A stretch of 64,000 nt of DNA, taken from an uncultured Muribaculaceae bacterium. Lineage in GTDB: Bacteria > Bacillota_I > Bacilli_A > RF39 > UBA660. Where the stretch lies: assembly GCA_964417835.1 (NCBI GenBank), contig CAYQJD010000001.1, positions 2,888-66,887 on the forward strand, given 5' to 3'. Of this stretch, positions 34,482-44,931 are shown piece after piece. How positions within the stretch are numbered: the first letter of the stretch is position 1; every line of letters starts with the position of its first letter. Under the pieces are notes generated by a model that worked only from the letters and a program-made list of their open reading frames with translations, searched no databases and was not told the DNA's origin. The position numbers and the translations under genes are program-made.

Positions 34482-35525
34482 ATGGAAAAAGTATCAATTA
34501 TTGTTCCTATATTTAATGGAGAAAAATATATTGATAAATGTTTAAAGTCTTTAATTAATCAAACGTATACTAATTTAGAAATAATTTTTATTAATACCGG
34601 CTCTACTGATAATTCTTTAAATTTATTAAAAAATTATCAAAAGTTAGATAAAAGAATTATTATAATTGACAAAAAAGAAAATGAAGGGGTTAGTGTAGCA
34701 AGAAATTTAGGTTTAAAAAAATCTACTGGTGATTTTATTACTTTTGCTGATGTAGATGATTGGTTAGAATTAGATGCTATTTATAACATGGTTTCACTTA
34801 TTAAAAAATATGATGTAGATATTGTTAGAACAAATTATAAAAGAGTTGAACCAAATATAACTTTTATTGCAAAGACTTATAAAAATAATGAATTATTAGT
34901 ATTAAATAAAGAAAATAAAGATCAATTATTAAAAGATGCTTTAAAACAAAATTATGGATGTTATTTATGGCTTCTTTTAATAAAAAGCAAAATAATAAAA
35001 GAAAATAATATTAATTTTGATGATAACATATATGTATATCAAGACCTTGCCTTTTATACTAACATTTTTAGATATTGCAATTCTATTTATTTCAGCAATA
35101 TAATTACATATAATTATTTAAATAATTCTAATGGATCTAAAAACAATAAATATTTTGATAGAAATTTAAATAGCACATTAGACTTACAGTCTGTATTAAA
35201 GAAAAGATTAGGAAAGCATTACGAAAATTATATTAATAATCTATGTGTTTCTTTAATAATACCAAGTTATTATTATTTATATAAGGAAAATGATAAATTA
35301 TGTCAAGAAAAATATAATGATTTATTAAATGATAAAAGATTTTATAACATTATTTCTACAATTAAAATTAAAGATATTGATAAAAAAATGATTTCAAAAT
35401 ATTTAGGAATACTTTGTATAAAAAAACATTATAGTTATAAAACATTTAAATTAATATACTTTACTAGTTATAAAATATATTTATTTCTTAGAAATCTTAA
35501 AAACCAAAACAAAAGAGTTAATTAA
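34482..35525 (+). CDS. Family 2 glycosyltransferase
   Basis: N-terminal GT-A fold signature VSIIVPIFNGEKYIDKCLKSLINQTY and a DxD-like DVDD motif. Confidence 0.8.
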   Translation: MEKVSIIVPIFNGEKYIDKCLKSLINQTYTNLEIIFINTGSTDNSLNLLKNYQKLDKRIIIIDKKENEGVSVARNLGLKKSTGDFITFADVDDWLELDAIYNMVSLIKKYDVDIVRTNYKRVEPNITFIAKTYKNNELLVLNKENKDQLLKDALKQNYGCYLWLLLIKSKIIKENNINFDDNIYVYQDLAFYTNIFRYCNSIYFSNIITYNYLNNSNGSKNNKYFDRNLNSTLDLQSVLKKRLGKHYENYINNLCVSLIIPSYYYLYKENDKLCQEKYNDLLNDKRFYNIISTIKIKDIDKKMISKYLGILCIKKHYSYKTFKLIYFTSYKIYLFLRNLKNQNKRVN

Positions 35526-37600
35526 GACTCTTTTGTTTTGGTAGAATTTATGTTATTAGATTTATTTTCAATATTTATACTAATATTATTCATTTTATTA
35601 TATAAATAATTAAAATAATTATTTTTTATTGCTAAAGAAGACATCTTTATTTTATTATTTATATTTTCGTTAATCTCTTGTATTTCTTCAACACTATATT
35701 TTTTATCAGAATAATATTCTATTTTACTTTTAGCAGCATTATAATAAGCATATTCATTCTTCCAAGATCCGTCTGCAAAAACTACTAATGATTCATAATC
35801 ATCACTAAATAAATCTGTTCCTACATATAATCTTGGATCATAATCTAAATTAAATAAGTTAGCAACAGTTGGAAGAATATTAATATAAGATGTATATTCT
35901 TTAAAAGTCTCAGCTTTAATTTTACTATTATAAATTACAAAAGGAACTCTTTCAGCTTCATAATCTTTACTAGTATCATAATCTAATACAGAATTAATAA
36001 CACTTGTAGATAAGCCATATGGATAATGATCTCCATATAAAACAATAACAGTATTATCTAATATTCCTTTATTTTCTAACCCTTCTAATAATATTCCAAG
36101 AGCATTATCTAATATTTTCAACTTAGATTTATATCTTTTTAATTCTGTTTTTATTTCTAAATCTTTATAAAGACTTAGATATTTGTCTCCTTCGATGGAT
36201 GAATAATATGGCTGATGACTACTTACAGTTGTCAACCAAGCCATAAATTTATTATTACCAATATCATCTATTATTTTCAAAACACTTTCCATAAAGTCTT
36301 CGTCACTTGCCCAATTCTTATATAAGGTAGAATAATTTATACCCAATTCCTCTACTCCATAATAGTGACCACTTCCCATATTTGAATGTATTGTGCTTCT
36401 ATAGTAATAATGTTCAGTATAATCATGTGCACTAAAAGTTTTATAACCTTTATTATTAAATAAATTAAATATACTTTCAAAATATGTATTATCTTTATAA
36501 TCATTTGCAGTACAAGTATTATATATAGAATACAAACTAATCATCCCACTCATTTCGTTATTTCCTGTACTACAACTATTTCTAGGACTATAATTGTTCT
36601 CCCAGTGCCAACCTTCACTATACAATTTATAAAAGTTAGGATAATCATCTTTATTTATAAAGATATCATTTACACTCTCCATCATTATAACAATTAAATT
36701 CTTTCCTTCAAAAACTCCAGTATTATCATTTACATTTGTTATATTATTATTTATAAAATAATTATTTAAAGATTTTAATGTTGAATTAGTTTCTTCTTCT
36801 ATTATTTCTTTCCATTTTGTATCATCTATTATTCTTTCATTACTAGTATTATTACTACTTATATCTTTATTTGTGTCTATTACAAATTGATCTATTAATT
36901 CACTTGGCAAAAAATAATTTTTTAAATCTAATATCCCAAAAGTAATGACTCCAAATTGTCTAACTGAAATACTTGGTACACTAGGATTTTCAAATAATTT
37001 TTTATTACTTACTATTTGTAATTCATTTTGCATAAAAGTAATATATAAAGTAGTATAATATAATGTACAAAAACATATTAAAGCAATCAAACACATACAA
37101 ATTTTTTCTATAAATAATTTTTTATTTATAGTTTTATAATTGTTTTTTTCTAAAGAAATACTAAACTTCTTATTTACTATATTTTCAAAAAAAATATAGT
37201 AAACTATTGCTAGCAATAGTGGTATTAACAAAAAGTAATAATACCAATTAAAACTAAGTATAAATTCTTTAATATAATCTATTACAGCACTAAATTGACT
37301 ACTAGTGCCAAAAGACATATAAACACCAATAAAATTATTAAATCCAGTTTGTGCTAAAGCATAAATCGAAAAAATAAATATTATTATTATATTTAAAAAC
37401 TTATGTAAAAATTTAGGCACAAAATAAAGTAAATTTGATATTAAAAAACTTATTATAAAGGAACTTAATATAATTCTTATAATTGACCAATCAAAAATGG
37501 GAAAAAAATTAACAATTTTAAAAATAACTTCTAATATAAATAATAATAGAAAATTTATTATCAAATTCTTCAAAATGTTCTTATTAATAAAATATTTCAT
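35522..37600 (-). CDS. LTA synthase family protein (sulfatase-like polyglycerolphosphate transferase)
   Basis: 692 aa. Five N-terminal TM helices, then an extracellular sulfatase/alkaline-phosphatase-like domain (LtaS architecture). Confidence 0.75.
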   Translation of the reverse strand: MKYFINKNILKNLIINFLLLFILEVIFKIVNFFPIFDWSIIRIILSSFIISFLISNLLYFVPKFLHKFLNIIIIFIFSIYALAQTGFNNFIGVYMSFGTSSQFSAVIDYIKEFILSFNWYYYFLLIPLLLAIVYYIFFENIVNKKFSISLEKNNYKTINKKLFIEKICMCLIALICFCTLYYTTLYITFMQNELQIVSNKKLFENPSVPSISVRQFGVITFGILDLKNYFLPSELIDQFVIDTNKDISSNNTSNERIIDDTKWKEIIEEETNSTLKSLNNYFINNNITNVNDNTGVFEGKNLIVIMMESVNDIFINKDDYPNFYKLYSEGWHWENNYSPRNSCSTGNNEMSGMISLYSIYNTCTANDYKDNTYFESIFNLFNNKGYKTFSAHDYTEHYYYRSTIHSNMGSGHYYGVEELGINYSTLYKNWASDEDFMESVLKIIDDIGNNKFMAWLTTVSSHQPYYSSIEGDKYLSLYKDLEIKTELKRYKSKLKILDNALGILLEGLENKGILDNTVIVLYGDHYPYGLSTSVINSVLDYDTSKDYEAERVPFVIYNSKIKAETFKEYTSYINILPTVANLFNLDYDPRLYVGTDLFSDDYESLVVFADGSWKNEYAYYNAAKSKIEYYSDKKYSVEEIQEINENINNKIKMSSLAIKNNYFNYLYNKMNNISINIENKSNNINSTKTKES

Positions 37601-37764
37601 ATCTTTTCTCCTTTTGACACCATTAAATATGATATAACAAAAATATTTTTATGTCCATTGATTACAAATAAATTTTATACTTTTTTAATGAAATATTTAT
37701 GAATTTTTATAATCTGATTGATTTTAAATTATATTTAATCATATAATATATTTGGTGATTTTAG

Positions 37765-38079
37765 TTGAAAATAATTATAGCTGAAAATTTTAAAGATAAA
37801 TTATTAGGTTTAATAGGAAAAGAAAATATAAATTATGGGCTTTTAATTAAAAATTGTAAAAGCATCCATACTTATTTTATGAAAGAAAATATTGATGTGT
37901 TATTACTTGACCAAGATAACAGAATATTGTTTATTAATAGAAACGTCAAAAAAAATAAAATATTAATTTTTCATACAAAAAAGAAATCTAATATATTAGA
38001 ACTTCCTCAAAATAGTTCATTACATTTAAATGTAAATGATGTAATCGATTTAAATAATTTTAATGTTTATAACGAATAA
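37765..38079 (+). CDS. DUF192 domain protein
   Basis: 104 aa. GL(I/M)G..., HTYFM and IDVLLLDQDNRIL match the DUF192 (COG1430) consensus. Confidence 0.55.
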   Translation: MKIIIAENFKDKLLGLIGKENINYGLLIKNCKSIHTYFMKENIDVLLLDQDNRILFINRNVKKNKILIFHTKKKSNILELPQNSSLHLNVNDVIDLNNFNVYNE

Positions 38080-38361
38080 TTTCGTTATTTTTTATAGTTT
38101 CAACTAATAATGTTGTAAGTTCTGTCCTCTTATTAATATATAGAAACTCTGGATTATATTCATGATTTCAACCTAAGCCAAAGAAACCGAGCTTTGAAAA
38201 ATCTAATACTATGTATACTTAACATTTTCAATATTTTTTTCTTCTTATTATTTCCTATTTTATCCCCTTAAATAAAAATCTTCCAATAAGGAAGATTATC
38301 GTACAAAAAGCAAAAATTTTATATCAACCAATCCCTATTAATAAAATTTGTTGTCAAAACT

Positions 38362-40107
38362 CTATATCTTATCAGGAACCTTAATACCTAATATATTCAA
38401 AAGTTTTAAATTAGTTTTATATACTAATTCTGTAATTAATAACCATGATTCTCTTTTTAATTCATCTTTTTCAACCAATACTCTATTAGAAGAATAAAAA
38501 TTATTATATATATTAGTTAATCTATATAAATACTCTGCTATTTCATTCAAACTTTTTATTTTTAAAGAATTTTTTAAAATACTAGGCACTTCTAATAATG
38601 CAATTATTATTTTTCTTTCTAACTCATTACTCACAAAATGATACTTATTATAACTAATACCTTCCTCTTTAGCTTTGTTTAATAAGCTTTTCATTCTTAC
38701 TGTACTATATAATAAATATGGTGCTGTTTTCCCATTTAAATCACTAAACTTTATAGGATCAAATATATAATCACTACTTCTATTTGGTAATAAATCTGCA
38801 TACTTTATTGTTGCGATAGCAATATCGAAAGCTAACTTTTCTTTATCACTTTCTTTTATATTATCTTTAATCTTCTTTATTGCCTCATTTTTTACTAACT
38901 CTATTAATGAGTTTAATGACATTACTCCACCATCACGTGTTTTAAAAGGTTTTCCATCTGGTCCATTCATAGTTCCAAATCCCAAGAAATTTAACTCTGT
39001 TTTATCTTTAACTATTCCTGATTTCTTAGCTGCCCTAAAAACTTGAGTAAAATGCATTTCTTGTCTGTTATCTGCAAGATATAGTAATTCATCAGGATTA
39101 TATTTATTTATTCTATCATATAGTGTTGCCATCTCTGTAGATGCATAAAGAATAGCTCCATCAGTCTTTTTTAAAAGCATAGGCGGAATATCTATTTTAT
39201 CGGTTTCTTCTTTTACATTAACAACTAATGCTCCGTTAGATACTTCAGTCAAATTTTTTTCATTTAAAATATTTATAACATCATCAATGTATGGATCAGC
39301 ATCACTTTCACCTAACCACAAATCAAATGTTGTACCAAGTTTTTCATAAATCTTTTTTATATCATTACTACTAGTATTTACAATATGTTTCCACAAAACT
39401 CTTAAGCCTTTATCCCCATTTTGCAATCTTAAAGTCAAAGCTCTTGCTTCTTCTGCATATGAAACAGATTCTTTTTTCTTTTGACTTGCTATAGGATAAA
39501 TACGTGCTAAATCACTTTCATTTACAGGAGAAGTATTTGGATAGTCACCATCATAATTTTCATCAAAATAAGGTAGATCAGGATACATGTACCTAATTTC
39601 ATTCATTACAAGTCCCATTGGAGTTCCCCAGTCACCTAAATGCACATCACTTATTGTCGTAGCCCCACATTCGTTTAATAAGCGTTTTAAGGCTTCGCCA
39701 ATATTAGCCGAGCGTAAGTGTCCAACATGAAGTTCTTTTGCAATATTCGCTCCACCATAATCTAAAAAAACTGTCTTATTCTTAATTTTATATCCATTAA
39801 TTTCTAAATTTTCAAACATTTCATTAACATAGTTTACTAAAGCTTCATCACTAATAGTTAAATTTATAAAACCAGGTCCTGCTATATTAATGTTTTTAAA
39901 ATAATTAGTATTATTTAACTCAGTAACTAATTTGTTTGCAATATTAATAGGGCTTTCCTTATAAATACTAGCCAATTTCATACATCCATTATATTGATAA
40001 TCACCTAAATCAGGTCTATTCGAAACATTTAAGGTAACACATTCATCATATCCTATTTTTTTTAATATATCATTTAGAATCGATTCCAAAAAACTTATTA
40101 AATTCAT
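38362..40107 (-). CDS. argS: Arginine--tRNA ligase
   Basis: 581 aa. N-terminal Arg-tRNA-binding add-on domain, class I HIGH motif as AKELHVGHLRSANIGEA, and a C-terminal DALR anticodon-binding domain. Confidence 0.85.
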   Translation of the reverse strand: MNLISFLESILNDILKKIGYDECVTLNVSNRPDLGDYQYNGCMKLASIYKESPINIANKLVTELNNTNYFKNINIAGPGFINLTISDEALVNYVNEMFENLEINGYKIKNKTVFLDYGGANIAKELHVGHLRSANIGEALKRLLNECGATTISDVHLGDWGTPMGLVMNEIRYMYPDLPYFDENYDGDYPNTSPVNESDLARIYPIASQKKKESVSYAEEARALTLRLQNGDKGLRVLWKHIVNTSSNDIKKIYEKLGTTFDLWLGESDADPYIDDVINILNEKNLTEVSNGALVVNVKEETDKIDIPPMLLKKTDGAILYASTEMATLYDRINKYNPDELLYLADNRQEMHFTQVFRAAKKSGIVKDKTELNFLGFGTMNGPDGKPFKTRDGGVMSLNSLIELVKNEAIKKIKDNIKESDKEKLAFDIAIATIKYADLLPNRSSDYIFDPIKFSDLNGKTAPYLLYSTVRMKSLLNKAKEEGISYNKYHFVSNELERKIIIALLEVPSILKNSLKIKSLNEIAEYLYRLTNIYNNFYSSNRVLVEKDELKRESWLLITELVYKTNLKLLNILGIKVPDKI

Positions 40108-40169
40108 AAATACTCTCCTAACTCATTTATTATTATATAAAAAAGGATAGTCTTTTTCAATAAATAAAA

Positions 40170-40189
40170 TATACACTATATAGTGTATA
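40170..40189. promoter_or_regulatory. Perfect 20-nt palindrome TATACACTATATAGTGTATA between the LCP gene and argS
   Basis: Seen in the sequence. On the minus strand it is followed by TTTTATTTATT, so it can act as a terminator or attenuator hairpin, or as a dyad operator of the argS promoter. Confidence 0.4.
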
Positions 40190-40194
40190 TCTTA

Positions 40195-41715
40195 TTATGA
40201 ATTATTTTCAGTATATTTATTAGTTTCTAATATCTTGTCAAACAACTTTTTAGCCTCTAAAACAGTATCTTCTTTTGGCTTCATTACATAAACTTTTTGA
40301 GAACCAGTTGAATATGTAGTACTAGAACTATCAGTACCATCAACAGTATAAGTTTCAATATCCCAACTGGTATTATCTTTTATTTGATTTTTAATTAATT
40401 TAGTAATGTCTCTTTGTTCCATATTAGTTACAACTGAATTTGATAAACTACTTAGTAAGTCATTATATTTTACAAGAATATTTGGACTAATAGCTTTATC
40501 AATAATAGCCTGCAAAACCAAAAGTTGATTTTCTATTCTGGATCTATCTCCACCTGCAAGAGTATGTCTTGTTCTTGCTAGAGCTAAAGCCTGCTCTCCA
40601 TTTAATTTTTGTAGACCTTTCTTCAAACAAATTTGTTTACTGCTTGTTCTAGAAGAAGTTTGTTCACAAAATGAAACTGGAACATCAACTTCAATACCAT
40701 CAAGCTTTTCAACAATATTTATAAAAGAAGTAAAATTAACTCTTGCATAATAGTCAATATTTATATCATATAAATTTTCTAAAGTCCCTATAGACTCTTC
40801 AATTCCATAAACTCCTGCATGTGTTAATTTATCATATGAATTTTTAGTTTTTAACTTTACATAATAATCTCTAGGAGTATTAACCATTAAAATTTTCTTT
40901 TCTTTAGGGTTAACTGCAACCAAAATATTAACATCACTTTTGGCCTTCGCTGCAACATTTCCATTAACATCTATACCACTTAAATATAATACGAAATTTT
41001 CTTTAGAAACATTTATATTGCTACTTAAAGTACTAACCTTAGTATTTATAGTAAAAGAATAAATAGCTTTTACATTATCATATTGATCATTATCCTCTTT
41101 TAAAATATCTACATTTGAATCCATTGCAATAACAGCATCTATTTCATTATTAATTAATGCATCTAAAGAACTTACTGTACTATCAAAATCAGCTTCATTA
41201 AATTCTATTTTGTTTGATACTTTTTCTATTGCCTTTTTTGTACTATCTTCATTCTTTTCAGAGACACCAATAATCTTTTTATTAATATCACTAATATTTT
41301 CATAAGGAGAATCATTTAAAACATATACTGAATAAGTATCACTTCTAAAGCCCATATCTAATATATCATTTAAAAAATTTATTGTCCCTAAAGAATATAA
41401 GATTATAAATATAAACAATATTATTAATAAAACACTTGGTAAAGAAAATACAACTTTAATCCATTTTTTTAATTTTTTATTATTTAATAGACTAAATATC
41501 AAAAATATAATCAATCCACCACCAATAATATATAGAGCTAAAAAATTAAGTGGTAATATTTCAAAATATATTATAAAACTACTTGCTATTAAAAATAATA
41601 TCAATAATAAAATAGATAATATTTTAAAAAATATATTTTTCTTTTTAGAAACCCCTGTTTTTTTCTTTTTTTTCATAAAGTCACCTATTTTCCAATAATT
41701 TAGTAGTTCCATCAT
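40195..41715 (-). CDS. LCP family (LytR-CpsA-Psr) cell-envelope phosphotransferase
   Basis: N-terminal TM anchor. LCP core with NILVAVNPKEKKILMVNTPRDYYV, LTHAGVYG and DYYARVNF..IEVDV. Confidence 0.85.
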   Translation of the reverse strand: MMELLNYWKIGDFMKKKKKTGVSKKKNIFFKILSILLLILFLIASSFIIYFEILPLNFLALYIIGGGLIIFLIFSLLNNKKLKKWIKVVFSLPSVLLIILFIFIILYSLGTINFLNDILDMGFRSDTYSVYVLNDSPYENISDINKKIIGVSEKNEDSTKKAIEKVSNKIEFNEADFDSTVSSLDALINNEIDAVIAMDSNVDILKEDNDQYDNVKAIYSFTINTKVSTLSSNINVSKENFVLYLSGIDVNGNVAAKAKSDVNILVAVNPKEKKILMVNTPRDYYVKLKTKNSYDKLTHAGVYGIEESIGTLENLYDINIDYYARVNFTSFINIVEKLDGIEVDVPVSFCEQTSSRTSSKQICLKKGLQKLNGEQALALARTRHTLAGGDRSRIENQLLVLQAIIDKAISPNILVKYNDLLSSLSNSVVTNMEQRDITKLIKNQIKDNTSWDIETYTVDGTDSSSTTYSTGSQKVYVMKPKEDTVLEAKKLFDKILETNKYTENNS

Positions 41716-42541
41716 AATAAGTAACTAAAACTTGAATTCCTATAACGTACCCATATCTATTATAAGCAAGTATAAGTTTAGTATTATAAATTTCACCATC
41801 AGTATAATCTTCAAAATCAGTTTCGGCTACTTCATTATAAATTTCTTTAAATTCTTTACTATCCTCTTCTATTGCTTTATCCAATTTCAAAAAGAATACA
41901 TGTTCTATTGTATCATCATTTGCATTATTATTGTAATATTCTAAATCATTTGACTTTTTATTTGACAAAGTTTCAGTTTCACTAACTTTAACAACTGCAC
42001 TTTTATTTACACTATTTCCATATGCATCACTTACTATAATATCCACATTATATGTACCAACATTTTTTAACTTATCTAAAATTTTATTATCTTTTAATTG
42101 AACTGAACAAGGCAAAGACAAATCATCACATGATAAAATTAACATACTAGGATCAAAATCTTCATTTATACCAATTACAATATCCTCTGTAGTAACATTA
42201 GGTTTAATAGTGTCTTTGACTACAATAGTACCAATTTTAGTATGCTTATTATATTTTACTTTATAAGTATAAGTACCAACTTTATTAATATCTACATTAC
42301 TTAAATCTAATTTATAATCTTTAGAATTCTTTTTACCATTTATTAAATAATCGTCAACATTTAAAGATAATTCAGTTCCTAATTCAACAGTAATTTTTTT
42401 TAGCTTAATAGTATTTTCATTTTTATAATATAAAAATATTCCAATACATATACCTATAATAAACAAAATAATTAATATTTTAATAAATACATGTTTACTA
42501 CTATTTTCTTCATAATAAAAATCGTCCATAATTACACCCAT
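41681..42541 (-). CDS. Hypothetical membrane-anchored extracellular protein
   Basis: 286 aa. One N-terminal TM helix, then a beta-rich extracellular region. Overlaps the LCP gene by 35 nt. Confidence 0.4.
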   Translation of the reverse strand: MGVIMDDFYYEENSSKHVFIKILIILFIIGICIGIFLYYKNENTIKLKKITVELGTELSLNVDDYLINGKKNSKDYKLDLSNVDINKVGTYTYKVKYNKHTKIGTIVVKDTIKPNVTTEDIVIGINEDFDPSMLILSCDDLSLPCSVQLKDNKILDKLKNVGTYNVDIIVSDAYGNSVNKSAVVKVSETETLSNKKSNDLEYYNNNANDDTIEHVFFLKLDKAIEEDSKEFKEIYNEVAETDFEDYTDGEIYNTKLILAYNRYGYVIGIQVLVTYYDGTTKLLENR

Positions 42542-42891
42542 CTAGCAAAATAAATATTTCTTGTATAACCTTCTTCATATTTATCAAAAAGAGAGATTAT
42601 TCCATTAACTATTGCTTCAATAATATTAGTGCCTTTTTTTACCTTAATCTTTAATAAACCATCTTTTATTTCTTTTCTAAAATTGTAATCATCAATGTAT
42701 TTAGATAATATATAATCTATTTCTTCTATCTTTTTCAAACTTTCTTTATTTTCTTCATCTATATCAAATATATAATCCTCATAAATACTTACTAACTTTA
42801 AAGAAATATAATCATCTTCAGTAAAATCAAAATTTTTAATTTTATAAAAATTAGGACAATGTTTTAGTATCTCTTTATTCTTATTATTCAT
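42532..42891 (-). CDS. Hypothetical cytoplasmic protein (119 aa)
   Basis: Intact ORF overlapping the downstream gene by 10 nt. No motif recognised. Confidence 0.35.
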   Translation of the reverse strand: MNNKNKEILKHCPNFYKIKNFDFTEDDYISLKLVSIYEDYIFDIDEENKESLKKIEEIDYILSKYIDDYNFRKEIKDGLLKIKVKKGTNIIEAIVNGIISLFDKYEEGYTRNIYFARWV

Positions 42892-42964
42892 ATTTAACTA
42901 CCTTTCATTATAATTAAATTATAATATAATATACAAAAAAAGTCTATATTCTAGACTTTATTTT

Positions 42965-44503
42965 TTATACTTGTTTAAATAAATTTTTTCTTTTACTTAT
43001 TAAATATATTACTGTTGCAATTACTCCAACTGCAGCAAAACCAATCACATAAGAAATAACTCCAGTTTTCTTGCTATCTTCAGCTCCTGTTTGCCCCCAT
43101 TGAGCATATAAAGTAATCGTTGTAGAAGTATTTGAAGTTATTTCTTCGCCTCCAGTATAACAATCTCCACTTCCATCTTTATTAGTACACCATTTTTTAA
43201 AACTATAACCATCTCTTGAAGGTGATTTAGAATCAACAGTAATTGAAGATCCAACTTTAGATGTTTGAGTTGCAGGGATATTTGTTACAGAATTATCAGT
43301 TACATTTCCATCATATTGTAAATTCCAAGATTCGTTTGACGTTGGACAAACACTATATTCTACATTTAACACAAATGGCCAATAATACTTTAATCCAAAT
43401 TCTCCATAAGAGCTATCCTCCTCCCCTTCTATAAATTGTATTTCAAAGTCACTTGTCATTGGATCATCGGCAGATTTGACCAAATAATATGTTGTTCCTT
43501 CTAACACAAAAGATCCACCATCTGCAATAGCATCATCTAAGTAAGTATCTGCTAGTGATCCTTCTTTAGATAGTGCTGACCAAGCTGTATAACTATCTGT
43601 TATTGTATCATCATCAGTAGAAAAATAGTATTTACTTGTTGAGTTATAAATATAATAATAATTTGCTTTTTTAAAATACGTTATATCTATTTGTCTGTTT
43701 ATCGCTAATGGTAAATAATAATTATCGCTTAGATCTTTTGAATAATATACAAGTTGATTATTATCATTTGCTTTATCGGTATCGTTTATTATACTATTCA
43801 AATAATCAGCAGTAAAATCATACGTTGTAGTTTTAAATTTATTACTTACATAAGAAGCTCCATAAATATCAACATTCATAGCATTTATTGCTTCACTATT
43901 AAATGCGGTTTGATATGAATACTTTTGTCCTTCCTCAGCAGTTATTGAAGGCCAATTAGCTGCCATATTAACGCCACTATCAGAAGCTCTTTGCCAAATT
44001 CCATGCAATAAAATTGTATTTGTATCATAATTTGCATCAGTCTTAATCAAACTCGCTCCAGTTAACTGAGATTCTACACAATCGTTTTGACTTCGAGATG
44101 AATTAGGATTACAATATTTTACAGCTCTATAATAACCACTTGTAGTAAGAGTGGATATTATATTAGTATATGTATACCAAAAAGCTTCCAAGTCTTCTTC
44201 TTCAGCCAAAATATCTGTATAAAATTCATTATAGTTAGGTGAATAATTATTTGAAGTTATTCTCTCTACTGTAACTTTATTATTTTCTGTCTGGGCATCA
44301 AACGCAAATGGATACAAAGTATAAGTTGTGTATCCTGCTCCATCATAAGCAGTAGGCCCACTCATATAGTCTAAAAATAAATATGTTTGTAAATGATATG
44401 TACAATCTTCATTCGCAGCTTGTACTGTTGGTAAACTAATAAAAGGAGTTAAGCATGCAATTATTAATGCAATTACCCCTATCTTTTTTATCATTATTTT
44501 CAT
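42965..44503 (-). CDS. Surface protein with C-terminal Listeria-Bacteroides (Flg_new) repeat and C-terminal TM anchor
   Basis: Signal peptide. Segment PSRDGYSFKKWCTNKDGSGDCYTGGEEI...TLYAQW matches the Flg_new repeat (GYxFxGW...TLYAxW). C-terminal hydrophobic helix plus KRK. No LPxTG. Confidence 0.6.
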   Translation of the reverse strand: MKIMIKKIGVIALIIACLTPFISLPTVQAANEDCTYHLQTYLFLDYMSGPTAYDGAGYTTYTLYPFAFDAQTENNKVTVERITSNNYSPNYNEFYTDILAEEEDLEAFWYTYTNIISTLTTSGYYRAVKYCNPNSSRSQNDCVESQLTGASLIKTDANYDTNTILLHGIWQRASDSGVNMAANWPSITAEEGQKYSYQTAFNSEAINAMNVDIYGASYVSNKFKTTTYDFTADYLNSIINDTDKANDNNQLVYYSKDLSDNYYLPLAINRQIDITYFKKANYYYIYNSTSKYYFSTDDDTITDSYTAWSALSKEGSLADTYLDDAIADGGSFVLEGTTYYLVKSADDPMTSDFEIQFIEGEEDSSYGEFGLKYYWPFVLNVEYSVCPTSNESWNLQYDGNVTDNSVTNIPATQTSKVGSSITVDSKSPSRDGYSFKKWCTNKDGSGDCYTGGEEITSNTSTTITLYAQWGQTGAEDSKKTGVISYVIGFAAVGVIATVIYLISKRKNLFKQV

Positions 44504-44931
44504 AAAACCCTTCTTTCTTAGTCAAGATACAACTATTACTATTTATAATTATACCCTACCTATGTTAAATTATAACATAAAAAAAACTTTTGAAAAGCCT
44601 TTTTTTTAAAAAATATCGATTTTTGACATTTTATATAAAATAAAGTAAAGAATATTATATTATGTCAAGGTATAATCATTTTTAAACTTTTATTTTTTTT
44701 ACTAATTTTTGTTCAGAAAATTGTTGAAATTGCCACTTTTCAATTAATAAATATTTGAAAGATTTATACAATCTTGTCCTAAACTCCTTCATTGTATTTA
44801 GAATTCTGTGTAAAATTAAAAACAATCTCTTTTACAAGTATTACATGAGTGCTCATATTAAGTTTACAAATTAAAATTTCACAATGACAATAATAAATAA
44901 ATTTATCATCATAAATCCAGAGTAAAGACTA

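Noticed and set aside
38100-38361. Possible T-box leader for argS in the 280-nt region adjacent to argS
   Set aside because: This region is downstream of argS, which is on the minus strand, and no T-box consensus (GGTGGNACCGCG) is present. It holds convergent terminators: an AACGAA/TTCGTT hairpin for the DUF192 gene and an AATCTTCC/GGAAGATT hairpin for argS. The true argS upstream region, 40108..40194, is too short for a T-box.
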